Shown in pieces: positions 1 to 9,907 of a DNA stretch of 60,120 bases (positions are counted from its first letter, which is position 1; every line of letters begins with the position of its first letter). Origin of the DNA: Akkermansia muciniphila (GTDB lineage: Bacteria > Verrucomicrobiota > Verrucomicrobiia > Limisphaerales > UBA9464); assembly GCA_945900455.1 (NCBI GenBank), contig CAMDJH010000005.1, positions 1-60,120 on the forward strand, written 5' to 3'. The position numbers and the translations under genes are program-made. The notes under the pieces are model-generated. The model ran no database searches. It had not been told where the DNA came from and saw only the letters and a list, made by a program, of their open reading frames with translations.

Positions 1-147
1 GAAGGAGCCCAAATCTTCTGTCGGGTACGGAGTTATCTTTCTACCTGCAGGAAAAATGATCTCGCGCCGACTCAGGCCCTACATATTCTTTTCTCAGGAC
101 ACCTTCCGGATTTCATCGCTAAACTAGAATAAGTGCTGAATAGTTAC
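1..147 (+). mobile_element. IS66-family (ISBst12-like) insertion sequence, right end: transposase C-terminus (1..132) plus terminal inverted repeat (135..147)
   Basis: Frame 1 reads EGAQIFCRVRSYLSTCRKNDLAPTQALHILFSGHLPDFIAKLE* (TAA 130-132), matching the GAxxFCRxRSYxSTxRK C-terminus of single-ORF IS66 transposases. It is followed by GCTGAATAGTTAC (reverse complement GTAACTATTCAGC, a GTAA-type IS66 end). Not in the ORF track. Confidence 0.8.
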
Positions 148-199
148 CAATTATTGATACGGAGAGCGTTTGCGTGGAAGGATTGTGTTTCGCGAAACC

Positions 200-1138
200 A
201 TGCCACCGGAAATTCTTCTCATTGCGCCGCTGCCAGACTTCATCACGCAGCCGCTAGCGGAGCGCTACACCGTTCACGACTACTACCACACGGTTGACAA
301 ATCAGGACTGCTCGCGGCGGTCGGCGAGCGCATCACGGGCATCGTTGGCGTCGGGGGCAGTGTGGTGGGGGCGGCGCTGGCGGATCGGCTGCCGCGTTTG
401 CAGATCATCAGCGTTCACGGTGTGGGCTACGACGGCGTGGCCCTGGACTATTGCCGCGCTCGCGGCATTGCCGTGACGAATACGCCGGACGTGCTTACCG
501 ACGATGTGGCGGATATCGCGTTGGCGCTCGTACTGATGACCAGTCGAGGACTCCTCATCGCAAACCGTGCCCTGCACGCAGGAGACTGGGCCCGGGGCGC
601 CCGCACGTTGACGACGAAGATCGGTGGGCGGCGCGCGGGTATCTTGGGATTGGGACGCATTGGCAAGGCGATCGCGGCGCGGCTGGTGGCGTGTGGGATG
701 GAAATCGGGTACCACGGACGCGCCCCTCAGGCAAATGTGTCCTATGCCTATCATGGAAGCCTGATGGACCTGGCCGCCTGGTGTGATTATCTGATTGTGG
801 CCTGCCCGGGCGGTAATGCGACCCGGCATTTGATTCACGCCGGAGTGCTCGCGGCACTCGGTAGTACGGGAACTCTAGTCAATATTGCACGGGGTAGTAT
901 TGTGGATGAGCCGGCGCTCATTGACGCTCTGGAAAAGGGTATCATCAAGACGGTCGGGCTCGATGTTTTCGAGCATGAACCCACCGTGCCAGCGAAGCTA
1001 CTCGCCATGCCGCAAGTGGTGGTCCTGCCGCATATCGGCAGCGCAACCCGAGAAACGCGCGGGGCGATGGGGCAATTAGTGCTCGACAACTTCGAGGCGC
1101 ATTATGCGGGGCGCGCGCTGGTGACGCGAGTGGTATGA
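200..1138 (+). CDS. D-2-hydroxyacid dehydrogenase (glyoxylate/hydroxypyruvate reductase-like)
   Basis: GVGYDG, VTNTPDVLTDDVAD, Rossmann GLGRIG, NIARGSIVDE, LDVFEHEP, LPHIGSAT motifs; ATG 200 preferred over TTG 170. Confidence 0.92.
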   Translation: MPPEILLIAPLPDFITQPLAERYTVHDYYHTVDKSGLLAAVGERITGIVGVGGSVVGAALADRLPRLQIISVHGVGYDGVALDYCRARGIAVTNTPDVLTDDVADIALALVLMTSRGLLIANRALHAGDWARGARTLTTKIGGRRAGILGLGRIGKAIAARLVACGMEIGYHGRAPQANVSYAYHGSLMDLAAWCDYLIVACPGGNATRHLIHAGVLAALGSTGTLVNIARGSIVDEPALIDALEKGIIKTVGLDVFEHEPTVPAKLLAMPQVVVLPHIGSATRETRGAMGQLVLDNFEAHYAGRALVTRVV

Positions 1139-1250
1139 TGTTGAGAATGCGGCTCGACCCACCGATAACTGCGTGTTTCGATCCGGCCAAAAAGGAACTT
1201 CTAGTCGTGAGGATCGCATGCTTGACTGACCCGAGACATCTCAACTGTTC

Positions 1251-2015
1251 ATGATTCTCAACATCTCTCCATCTCCGAAGCGCGTGGGGTTGGTATTGGC
1301 CGCGGCGGGCTTCGTCACGGCTCTTCTGAGCGCGATATGCGACTTCGTCGGGCAACGCTATGACGTGGACCGCCTCTGGGCGGTGATGCGGCAGTTCAAC
1401 GTCACCGAGGAAGGTAACTTCGTGAACTGGTATCAATCGATGACACTCCTCGTGTGTGCTGCGCTGCTCGCAGCCATCGGCTCCGTGAAACGGAAGTCGG
1501 GTGGGCGATATCCCCGGCATTGGTTCTTTTTGGCGCTGGTTTTCTTGTTCGTCTCGATGGACGAGTCAGCACAGGTCCACGAAATGAGCGTCACGACCTT
1601 GATCGCGCAGTTTCGTGGCAAGCGGGAGACCGGCACCGATCCGGGGAAAAATCAGACTCTGGATGTCACGGAGAAAGAGGGCAAAGATGGCAACGACGGC
1701 AAAGAGGTCAAGGAGGACAATGCCGGATCCCGGTTGACGTGGATGTGGATCTATCTTCCGGTCTTTCTTATTATGGTTGCGATTTACTGGCGATTTTTTC
1801 TGGATTTGCCGCCCGGCAACCGGATGTTTTTCGTGATTGCGGCGACCCTCTATCTTGGCGGTGCCGTCGGCGTGGAAACGATGGGCGACCGTCTGGGAAT
1901 TCCCTTTGCGGACCAAGTCTCGGAATTGATGGAGATGTTGGGTGTGGCTGCGTTTGTATATACATTAATGGGCTATCTCGACGACCAAACATCAGCACCG
2001 AAAGCTCAAGCCTAA
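1251..2015 (+). CDS. Multi-pass membrane protein of unknown function (SxDExxxxHE type)
   Basis: About 6 hydrophobic segments, EEGN and SMDESAQVHE motifs, EELxEMxG-like VSELMEMLG; charged loop insertion. Confidence 0.75.
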   Translation: MILNISPSPKRVGLVLAAAGFVTALLSAICDFVGQRYDVDRLWAVMRQFNVTEEGNFVNWYQSMTLLVCAALLAAIGSVKRKSGGRYPRHWFFLALVFLFVSMDESAQVHEMSVTTLIAQFRGKRETGTDPGKNQTLDVTEKEGKDGNDGKEVKEDNAGSRLTWMWIYLPVFLIMVAIYWRFFLDLPPGNRMFFVIAATLYLGGAVGVETMGDRLGIPFADQVSELMEMLGVAAFVYTLMGYLDDQTSAPKAQA

Positions 2016-2133
2016 GCGGATCGCGCAATTTCAAACGCATGCCAAATAGGATCGATCGCATCAATATCCCCCGCCGGGCACGCTGACCTCGGAGGGCCTC
2101 TTGGTGTGTGTCGGCTCCCGGAATCCTCCACGA

Positions 2134-3438
2134 ATGATTGGCCACCTCCTACCCGCAAAGCACGTTCGAATGACGCTGGCGGCCGCTTTGGTATCGGCCC
2201 TCCTGGTGGGCGTTTGGCTGCTGATCGCTCTACCGCCGAGTTCCGATGTCTGGTTTTACCAGCATTGGAGCCGATTGGTGACGTTGCATGGCATCAGCGC
2301 GGCGTATTCCGGCGAACCCGTTAAGGACTACGTCGATTACCCGCCGTTCCTACTTTACCCGTGGCGATTGGTTGGCGGACTTTACCGGGCCTTCGGCAAC
2401 GCGGAGTTCGATGTGGACGAGATGAGCGTCAGTCGGGCCTTCTCATTCGGATTGTCGTCCATTGCTCTCGCGTTTCACCTCGCCACGGGCGTGGCGCTAT
2501 TTCTCCTCGGTCGACAGCGATTTGGCGAACGGCCGGCGGCGGCGGCGGCGATCGCGTATGTGGTCAATCCCGCCGCCGTTTTTAACGCCGGTCTTGGACT
2601 GTTGGATACGGTACATTCCTTCTGGCTCGTGGTGGCCTTCGGACTTGCCGAGGCCGGGCGGTCCCGCGCGGGCTGGATCGGGGCCGCACTCGCTGCGCTC
2701 ACGAAGCCGCAGACGTGGGGATTGATGCCGCTTTTTTTATGGCGACAATTGGCATTGCTCGGGTGGCGGAAATCCATTCCCGGTGCCGCCGCCGCCGTGA
2801 TCACGGTCGGGTTGGTGATCTTGCCGTTCCTCTTCCATGGTACGCTGCTCCCGCTGATCCAGCTCCCAATACACATGGGCAATATCGACGCCTTAGTCTC
2901 GGCGCAGGCGCACAATCTCTGGTGGTTGACAACGATGGGCCATGGTCTCGACGTACCCACTGACACGCTCCTGGTGGGACCGATTTCCTATCACTATGGG
3001 GCTTTGGGGCTCTTGGCGGCGTCCGGATTTCTCGTGCTCTGGCTGGCTCACGGGGCCTCGGAAGATAGAATGCTGGGGCTGCCGGCGTACCAGGCTTTTG
3101 CGTGGTTTTGCCTGACGACCCGTGCACACGAAAATCACTGGTTCTTCGTTTTGCCGTTGACAGCGCTGGCGTTGCCTACCGGCCGGCGCATGGTCCAGGT
3201 TTTCACGGCTATTTCCGTCACCGGCCTCGCCAACCTTGTCCTGCACGATCCCACAATCTTATCGTACTTGAAAAACGTCTGCTCCGACCGGGTGCTCCAC
3301 GCAATGGAATTGGCCAATTGCGTTGCCAATTTAACGCTGCTCACTCTCTGGACCGCCTGGCTTATCCGCACTCGCAGGACAGAAGCGGGTTCCAACCGCA
3401 TTCATCGCGGCTTGGAGGCTCGACGGGACCCCGCTTAG
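2134..3438 (+). CDS. GT-C fold integral membrane glycosyltransferase (GT87/mannosyltransferase-like)
   Basis: DYPP motif in first loop, NPA motif, TKPQ, C-terminal HEN(H)W, many TM helices; start uncertain (2101/2134/2170). Confidence 0.7.
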   Translation: MIGHLLPAKHVRMTLAAALVSALLVGVWLLIALPPSSDVWFYQHWSRLVTLHGISAAYSGEPVKDYVDYPPFLLYPWRLVGGLYRAFGNAEFDVDEMSVSRAFSFGLSSIALAFHLATGVALFLLGRQRFGERPAAAAAIAYVVNPAAVFNAGLGLLDTVHSFWLVVAFGLAEAGRSRAGWIGAALAALTKPQTWGLMPLFLWRQLALLGWRKSIPGAAAAVITVGLVILPFLFHGTLLPLIQLPIHMGNIDALVSAQAHNLWWLTTMGHGLDVPTDTLLVGPISYHYGALGLLAASGFLVLWLAHGASEDRMLGLPAYQAFAWFCLTTRAHENHWFFVLPLTALALPTGRRMVQVFTAISVTGLANLVLHDPTILSYLKNVCSDRVLHAMELANCVANLTLLTLWTAWLIRTRRTEAGSNRIHRGLEARRDPA

Positions 3439-3458
3439 CCCGATACTCTCCGGGTCTC

Positions 3459-5162
3459 GTGAGTGATTTGAAGACATCGGCAAGGCCCCGGCGCGTCGGG
3501 CTTATCTCCCTGGGCTGCGCCAAAAATCTCGTCGACGCCGAGATTATGCTTGGCTCGTTGCTGAAGGGAGGGGTGGAGATCGTCAATGACGCGAGTCAGG
3601 CCGACGCGATGATCGTGAATACGTGCTCGTTCATCGATGCGGCCCAGGAGGAGAGCGTGGATACAATCCTGGAATCCAGTGAAGTGCGGGAGGCCGGTAA
3701 CCGTGGCCAGGCACTCATTGTGTCCGGGTGTCTGCCGCAGCGTTTCCGTGAGGATCTGCCACGATTGATGCCGGAGGTCGATGCATTCATGGGCATTGAC
3801 CAAGTCGAGCAGGTGGGCCGGATTGTCGAAGAAGCGATTGCGAAACGGGCGGCGCGGCTGTCCGCTCCCGCGGATGCGATCGGAAAGCCGACGAAACGGG
3901 CCGGGAAAGTGAAATCAAAGCTGGCCAAATTGACTGTGGCAGGGGGGAAAGAAGATGGAAAAGGTCACAATCACGAAGAGAGTCTGCGGGAAAGCGGGCA
4001 CTTTGGTAAGACCCGACGCACCGTGATACCGCTGGCCGCAGGGACGCCAGTCCTGTCGGTCACCGTGCGACCGAACTACATTCCGCACTTCGAGTCGCCG
4101 CGATTCCGCCTGACTCCGAAGCATTTTGCCTACGTAAAGATTGCGGAGGGGTGCAATCATCCGTGCAGTTTTTGTATTATACCCCGGATGCGCGGTTCGC
4201 ATCGTAGCCGCCTTCCGAAGGACATTGTGGCGGAGGCCAAACAATTGATCGCCGACGGCGTAAAGGAGTTGAACCTGATTTCGCAGGACTCCACGTACTA
4301 CGGTCTGGACTTGCGTCCGAATCACAGCCGGGCGATTGCGTCCCCGGAAAAATTCACAGCTGCGACCCGAGCACTTGGAGAGGAGGGAACGACGCTCAGT
4401 CGGTTGCTTCGGGAGTTAAATGCCCTCGAAGGGGATTTTTGGATCCGGTTATTGTACACCCATCCGGCACACTGGACGGACGAATTGATTACCACGATGG
4501 CGGAGTGCGCCAAAGTGGCGCGCTATGTCGACATGCCGCTGCAGCATGTTCAGGACGACATGTTGACCCGGATGCGACGGGAGACGGACGGCCGATATAT
4601 TCGCGATCTGATTAGCCGGATCCGGGCGGGGATTCCCGGCATCGCGTTGCGGACGACCTTTATCGTTGGATTTCCGGGTGAGACCGAGGCCCATTTCCAG
4701 ACGTTGCTCGACTTCATCGAGGAAACCCGCTTCGAGCGGTTGGGGGTTTTTGGATACTCGCAGGAGGACGGGACGATTGCGGGCAAGATGGCGGGTCAGG
4801 TGACTCCGGCGAAGCGGCGTGACCGCCGCGAACGGGCGATGGCAATCCAGCAGAAGGTCGCGCGATCCGTTTCGGAGGCGGCGGTCGGGCGCCAAGTCCG
4901 CGTGCTGGTCGAAAAGGAAGCATCCGCCCGGGAACTGGTCGGGGCGTCGGTGAGTTCCTGGGAACACGGACTCATCCGAGGGCGGGAAACCCGGGGCGGG
5001 GAGTTGGCCTCCCGCGGTCGGTACCTGGTAGCGCGGGGCGAGGCGGATGCGCCGGACATTGACGGTCGCGTTTACATTCGTGGGCGTGCGGCGGTCGGCG
5101 AGTTCTCAAACGTGCGAATTATTGGGCACACCGACTACGATCTGATTGCGACGCCGATCTGA
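3459..5162 (+). CDS. rimO: Ribosomal protein S12 methylthiotransferase RimO
   Basis: SLGCAKNLVD, VNTCSFI, GCLPQR, radical-SAM CNHPCSFC, GEADAPDIDG TRAM end; start at GTG 3459 after upstream gene. Confidence 0.93.
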   Translation: MSDLKTSARPRRVGLISLGCAKNLVDAEIMLGSLLKGGVEIVNDASQADAMIVNTCSFIDAAQEESVDTILESSEVREAGNRGQALIVSGCLPQRFREDLPRLMPEVDAFMGIDQVEQVGRIVEEAIAKRAARLSAPADAIGKPTKRAGKVKSKLAKLTVAGGKEDGKGHNHEESLRESGHFGKTRRTVIPLAAGTPVLSVTVRPNYIPHFESPRFRLTPKHFAYVKIAEGCNHPCSFCIIPRMRGSHRSRLPKDIVAEAKQLIADGVKELNLISQDSTYYGLDLRPNHSRAIASPEKFTAATRALGEEGTTLSRLLRELNALEGDFWIRLLYTHPAHWTDELITTMAECAKVARYVDMPLQHVQDDMLTRMRRETDGRYIRDLISRIRAGIPGIALRTTFIVGFPGETEAHFQTLLDFIEETRFERLGVFGYSQEDGTIAGKMAGQVTPAKRRDRRERAMAIQQKVARSVSEAAVGRQVRVLVEKEASARELVGASVSSWEHGLIRGRETRGGELASRGRYLVARGEADAPDIDGRVYIRGRAAVGEFSNVRIIGHTDYDLIATPI

Positions 5163-5214
5163 TTTGCAGCTACCCGGGCTCGACCGAGTGCATCGGCTTT
5201 AGTACGATCCCGAC

Positions 5215-6294
5215 ATGATTGCTGGCCGCGCTGTCGTTTTCGTCATCGTTCTGTTGGCTCGCCTCTCCGCGGGTCCGCTGGAGGATTGGTCTCGCATGAA
5301 GCCGATGATTCCTCGGGGGTATCTCTGCCTGCGGGCGTCGGGACTTGTTCAGATTGATGGGCGATTGAACGATGCGGCGTGGCAGAAGGCGGCATGGACT
5401 GAGGAATTTGTGGATATTCGGGGCGCGACGATGCCCCGACCGTGGCACGCGACCCGCGCGAAGATGCTGTGGGATGATCAGTTTTTTTACATCGCCGCCC
5501 AACTCACCGAGCCGCATGTCTGGGGGACCATCACCCAGCGGGATGCCGTGATTTTTCAGGACAACGATTTCGAGGTGTTTATCGATCCGGATGGTGACGC
5601 ACACGAGTATTACGAGTTCGAGATGAACGCGCTGAACACCGTATGGGATTTGCGTCTGGTAAAACCGTATAAAGACGGCGCACCCGCGCTGAATGAATGG
5701 GATATTGCCGGTCTAAAGTCGGGGGTGCAGGTGGACGGGACGTTGAACGATTCGCGGGATGTGGACCGCCACTGGACGGTAGAAATCGCCATGCCCTGGA
5801 AGGCGCTCGGAGAATTTTCAACGGTGCCGTCGCCGCCCCGAGATGGAGACCGTTGGCGGGTTGATTTTTCCCGGGTTGAATGGAAGACGGAAATTGTGGA
5901 CGGGCGGTACCAGAAGGTCCCGAACCGTCCGGAAGAGAACTGGGTATGGTCACCCACCGGGATCGTTGACATGCATCGACCCGAGAAATGGGGATTAGTG
6001 CAATTCAGCTCCGCCACGCGTGGCGAACGCCGGGTGAGGCCTGGGCCGGTGGAAGTAGCGCGAGATCGGCTGCAGGAAATCTACTATCGTCAACGCGCGT
6101 TTCGGGAGACGAACAACCGGTTTGCGAAAGAACGTCCCGAAATTGGGATTACCGATCGATGGTGTCCGGGCTGCACAGTGGCCGCGACGCCGACCGGGTA
6201 CGAGGCGACCGCACCCGTCAGGACCCGTTCCCGGACAAAACCGATGACCGCGCACATTCGTCAGGACGCACGATTCTGGCTGACACCCAACTAG
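5215..6294 (+). CDS. Secreted carbohydrate-binding family 9-like (DOMON-like) protein
   Basis: Signal peptide; IDGRLNDAAW, KMLWDD, DNDFEVFIDP, YYEFEMN, WTVEIAMPW, NWVWSP..MHRPEKWG. Confidence 0.85.
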   Translation: MIAGRAVVFVIVLLARLSAGPLEDWSRMKPMIPRGYLCLRASGLVQIDGRLNDAAWQKAAWTEEFVDIRGATMPRPWHATRAKMLWDDQFFYIAAQLTEPHVWGTITQRDAVIFQDNDFEVFIDPDGDAHEYYEFEMNALNTVWDLRLVKPYKDGAPALNEWDIAGLKSGVQVDGTLNDSRDVDRHWTVEIAMPWKALGEFSTVPSPPRDGDRWRVDFSRVEWKTEIVDGRYQKVPNRPEENWVWSPTGIVDMHRPEKWGLVQFSSATRGERRVRPGPVEVARDRLQEIYYRQRAFRETNNRFAKERPEIGITDRWCPGCTVAATPTGYEATAPVRTRSRTKPMTAHIRQDARFWLTPN

Positions 6295-6310
6295 CTGGAC
6301 GACTGGAATC

Positions 6311-7357
6311 TCAGGTTCCCATTCCCGAGTGCATCCAGGGCAGGTCGAAACCCGGAGCGGTCACTTGTTCCCGTTTTTCAATCAGTTTGCGGAGCTTGCT
6401 GAGCGCCGTATTCTGTATTTGCCGGATTCGCTCTCGCGTGACGCCAAAGTAGGATCCCACTTCTTCGAGCGTTCGTTCGGCTCCACCATCGAGCCCAAAG
6501 CGGTACCGGAGGATGACGCTTTCGCGTTTGTCGAGTCGCTCGACGAATTCGCGGATCATCGAGTGGGTTGTGCCTTCGTCCAACTGCTCGTAGGCGGTCG
6601 TCATCTGTTCATCCGGCACAAGTTCTCCCAATCGGGTGTCGTCCTCGCCGTCTCCGATCGACGCATCCAGGGAGGTCGGTCGCCGGCTGGCCTCCCACAA
6701 TTCAGTGACCCGCGCCCGTTTCATTCCGAGTGCTTGGGCGAGTTCAAGATCCGTGGGATCCCGTCCCAGTTCCTCGTGCAACACCGCCGCGGCCCGCCGC
6801 ATCCGAGCGAGGAGATCGACCAAGTGAACGGGTATACGGATCGTCTTCCCCTGGTTCGCGAGAGCGCGCTTCACGGACTGTTTTATCCACCACGCCGCAT
6901 AGGTCGATAGCTTGGCTCCGCGATTGGGATCAAATCGTTCCACCGCTTTCATCAAGCCCATGTTGCCTTCATTGATGAGATCAAGCAGAGGCATCCCGAG
7001 GTTGTCGTAGTCACGGGCAATTTTTACGACGAGCCGCAGATTCGCTTTGATCATTAGTTCGCGGGCGGCGGCATCGCCACAGCGTATCCGTTTTGCAAGG
7101 GCGATCTCCTCCTGGGGTGTCAGTAGGGGAGTCTCGCCCGCTTCTCGCAGATAGAGGCGAAGACTATGGTCGCCGTCACGCCCGGATCGCTCCGCGACTG
7201 CTTCGGCTTGCGGCAATTCGGCCCGCGGGACCTGGATAGTCGGCCGAGGTCCCGGCGGCAGGTGGGCCGCCGAGACGCGCTTTCGGGCCGGCAAATTGGG
7301 GCGATTCACCCGATGAGAGATGGCTTCCTCAGCTGCAATGGCCTTTGTTTGATGCAT
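6311..7357 (-). CDS. RNA polymerase sigma-70 factor, RpoD/RpoS-like (no region 1.1)
   Basis: ANLRLVVKIA, DLINEGNMGLMKAVERFDP, STYAAWWIKQ, region 4.2 RTLEEVG..FGVTRERIRQIQ. Confidence 0.93.
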   Translation of the reverse strand: MHQTKAIAAEEAISHRVNRPNLPARKRVSAAHLPPGPRPTIQVPRAELPQAEAVAERSGRDGDHSLRLYLREAGETPLLTPQEEIALAKRIRCGDAAARELMIKANLRLVVKIARDYDNLGMPLLDLINEGNMGLMKAVERFDPNRGAKLSTYAAWWIKQSVKRALANQGKTIRIPVHLVDLLARMRRAAAVLHEELGRDPTDLELAQALGMKRARVTELWEASRRPTSLDASIGDGEDDTRLGELVPDEQMTTAYEQLDEGTTHSMIREFVERLDKRESVILRYRFGLDGGAERTLEEVGSYFGVTRERIRQIQNTALSKLRKLIEKREQVTAPGFDLPWMHSGMGT

Positions 7358-7470
7358 GACGTTTCCCTTTCCGACCAGACTGAAGCAATTATCCGGCCAA
7401 CTTTTAAGCGGTGCTTACAGGCGTCTAGCTTCGACCCCCAATAGCCAGGAGCCAGGGAACGGGCCCAAAG

Positions 7471-9765
7471 TCAGGGCTTCTTCAGTGATCGGTCGAAGGC
7501 GTCGGCCAAGGATCCCAAACCATCACTCTCACTAAACCTCGGCTTCGGCGCGAACGGCAGTTTGCCACCTGCAGGTCGGGGCGCTCCCGGGGAACTCCGC
7601 TGTTCTTTGGCCACACCAATCTCCGGATTCGCCTTCATCGAGAGCGCGATGCGCTTCCGTAGCAGGTCCACTTCGGTAACGGTAACCATCACTTTCTGCG
7701 AAACCTTGACCACCTCCGACGCGTCCTTCACGAAGCGGTCGGCGAGTTGGCTAACATGCACCAGTCCGTCCTGATGTACCCCGATGTCCACAAAGGCACC
7801 GAAGGCGGTCACGTTCGTGACGATGCCCGGCAGTTTCATCCCGGGCTTCAGGTCCTCCATCTTTTCAACGCCTTCCTTGAAGCTAAAGACCTCGAACCTC
7901 TCGCGCGGATCGCGCCCGGGCTTTGCCAATTCCTGCACGATGTCCTGAAGCGTAGGCAAACCGACGCCCTCACTAACGTATTTCTCCAGCTTCAATTTCT
8001 GGCGAGCCCCTCCATCCCTCAGCAAATCCTTGACCGTGCAACCGATGTCGCGGGCCATCGTATCCACCAGTGGGTACCGTTCCGGATGAACGGCACTCGC
8101 ATCGAGCGGGTGTTCGCCGTCGCGGATTCGGAGAAAACCGGCGGCCTGTTCAAACGCTTTTGGGCCGAGGCGTGTCACCTTTAGCAGTTGGCTGCGGGAC
8201 TTGAATGGGCCGTTCTCATTGCGGTGAGCAATGATATTCGCGGCAAGAGCGGGACCCAGTCCGGAGACGTAGCTCAGGAGCTGCTTGCTGGCGGTATTGA
8301 GCTCCACACCCACGCCGTTGACGCACGAGACGACCACGTCATCCAGGCTGCGCTTGAGCGCGTGCGGCTCCACGTCGTGCTGATATTGCCCGACGCCGAT
8401 GCTCTTGGGATCGAGCTTCACCAATTCGGCGAGGGGATCCATCAGGCGGCGTCCGATGCTGATCGAGCCCCGAACGGTCAGATCCTCCGTGGGAAATTCC
8501 TCGCGGGCAACATCGCTCGCCGAGTAGATCGAGGCGCCGCTCTCATTGACCATGACTACGGTGATAGCGGACGGAAGCTTCAGCAGCTTGATAAAGGTCT
8601 CCGTCTCACGCCCGGCGGTGCCATTGCCGATGGCGATGGCTTCGATATTGTATTTCTTGATGAGCGCCAGAATAACCTCAGCCGCCTCCCGAACCTGCGA
8701 TGCACCGGCGGCCGTTGGATAAATTACGTCGTGGTGTAGCAATTTTCCCTGGCGGTCGAGGCATACAACCTTGCAGCCGGTGCGGAATCCGGGGTCGATT
8801 GCCAGGACGTTTTTCTGGCCGAGAGCCGGCGCGAGCAGCAGCTCTCGCAGGTTTTCCGCGAAAACGCGGATGGCTTCGGCATCCGCTTTTTTCTTTGTCT
8901 CGATCCGAATTTCAACCTCGATGCCGAAGCCGAGCAAACGCTTGTAGCAGTCCTGGGTAGCGAGTCGGACCTGTTCGCCGCCGGGCTTGCCGGGCGCTTT
9001 GACGAAGAGCCCCTCCAGCGCCATGACCGCATCCGCTTCGGGTGGGGTGATACGGACCATCAGGAAGCCCTCGGTCTCGCCGCGACGAATGGCCAACAAG
9101 CGATGACTGGGGATGGTTTTCACCGGCTCGGTCCAATCAAAGTAATCCTTGAACTTCGCACCTTCGGTTTCCTTGCCGGCCAGAAGTTTCGACCGGACGG
9201 TGGCGGTATCCCAGAAGAGTCGACGGAGCTTCGCGCGGGCGACCGCGTCGTCGTTTATCCACTCCGCAATGATGTCCCGGGCACCCGACAGCGCCGCGTT
9301 GGCATCGATCACGAGCTTCTCGGTGTTGATGTATGCGGCGGCTTCCTTGACGGGATCCACGGCTTCTTGCTGCTGGAAAAGCAGAGTCGCCAGCGGCTCC
9401 AGGCCAGCTTCCTTCGCAAGGGTGGCCCGGGTGCGGCGTTTCGGGCGGTACGGCGCGTAGAGATCCTCCAGTGCGGTCATCGTCTCGGCCCCGGCAATGG
9501 CGTTCTTCAAGTCGTCGGTGAGCAGACTGCGTTCCTCCAGCGATTTTACGATCGATGTTTTGCGCTCGTCCAGTTCGGCGAGTTGAAGCATCCGATCCCG
9601 AATCGAGGTGATCGCAACCTCGTCCAGCGTGCCGGTCACTTCCTTCCGGTAACGAGCGATGAAGGGGACGGTGGCGCCGTCCGCAAACAGCTTGGCGGTG
9701 GCGGCAACCTGCCGGGCATGGATCTTCAACTCGGCGGCAATCTTCGCGACGTAGGATTCGTTCAT
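7471..9765 (-). CDS. tex: Tex-family transcription accessory protein (C-terminal S1 domain)
   Basis: GATVPFIARYRKE, IDPGFRTGCK, ESGASIYSAS, IGVGQYQHD, S1 domain FGAFVDIGVHQDGLVH; ATG 9765 (MNESY). Confidence 0.95.
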   Translation of the reverse strand: MNESYVAKIAAELKIHARQVAATAKLFADGATVPFIARYRKEVTGTLDEVAITSIRDRMLQLAELDERKTSIVKSLEERSLLTDDLKNAIAGAETMTALEDLYAPYRPKRRTRATLAKEAGLEPLATLLFQQQEAVDPVKEAAAYINTEKLVIDANAALSGARDIIAEWINDDAVARAKLRRLFWDTATVRSKLLAGKETEGAKFKDYFDWTEPVKTIPSHRLLAIRRGETEGFLMVRITPPEADAVMALEGLFVKAPGKPGGEQVRLATQDCYKRLLGFGIEVEIRIETKKKADAEAIRVFAENLRELLLAPALGQKNVLAIDPGFRTGCKVVCLDRQGKLLHHDVIYPTAAGASQVREAAEVILALIKKYNIEAIAIGNGTAGRETETFIKLLKLPSAITVVMVNESGASIYSASDVAREEFPTEDLTVRGSISIGRRLMDPLAELVKLDPKSIGVGQYQHDVEPHALKRSLDDVVVSCVNGVGVELNTASKQLLSYVSGLGPALAANIIAHRNENGPFKSRSQLLKVTRLGPKAFEQAAGFLRIRDGEHPLDASAVHPERYPLVDTMARDIGCTVKDLLRDGGARQKLKLEKYVSEGVGLPTLQDIVQELAKPGRDPRERFEVFSFKEGVEKMEDLKPGMKLPGIVTNVTAFGAFVDIGVHQDGLVHVSQLADRFVKDASEVVKVSQKVMVTVTEVDLLRKRIALSMKANPEIGVAKEQRSSPGAPRPAGGKLPFAPKPRFSESDGLGSLADAFDRSLKKP

Positions 9766-9907
9766 GAAATCGTAAGAGGCCGTGAATGCCGCCGAAGGCG
9801 ACGAGACGCAATACGAAACCCTCCTGCGGACCCTTTTTTTGCCACCGGGGCTGCAGGCTGAATCACGCCTTGCCCGAACTGCTGCGTCAGCGACCCTTCC
9901 TCCCGCC

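Noticed and set aside
3102-3458. N-terminal extension of the RimO ORF in the track
   Set aside because: Overlaps the upstream glycosyltransferase; RimO homology begins after GTG 3459
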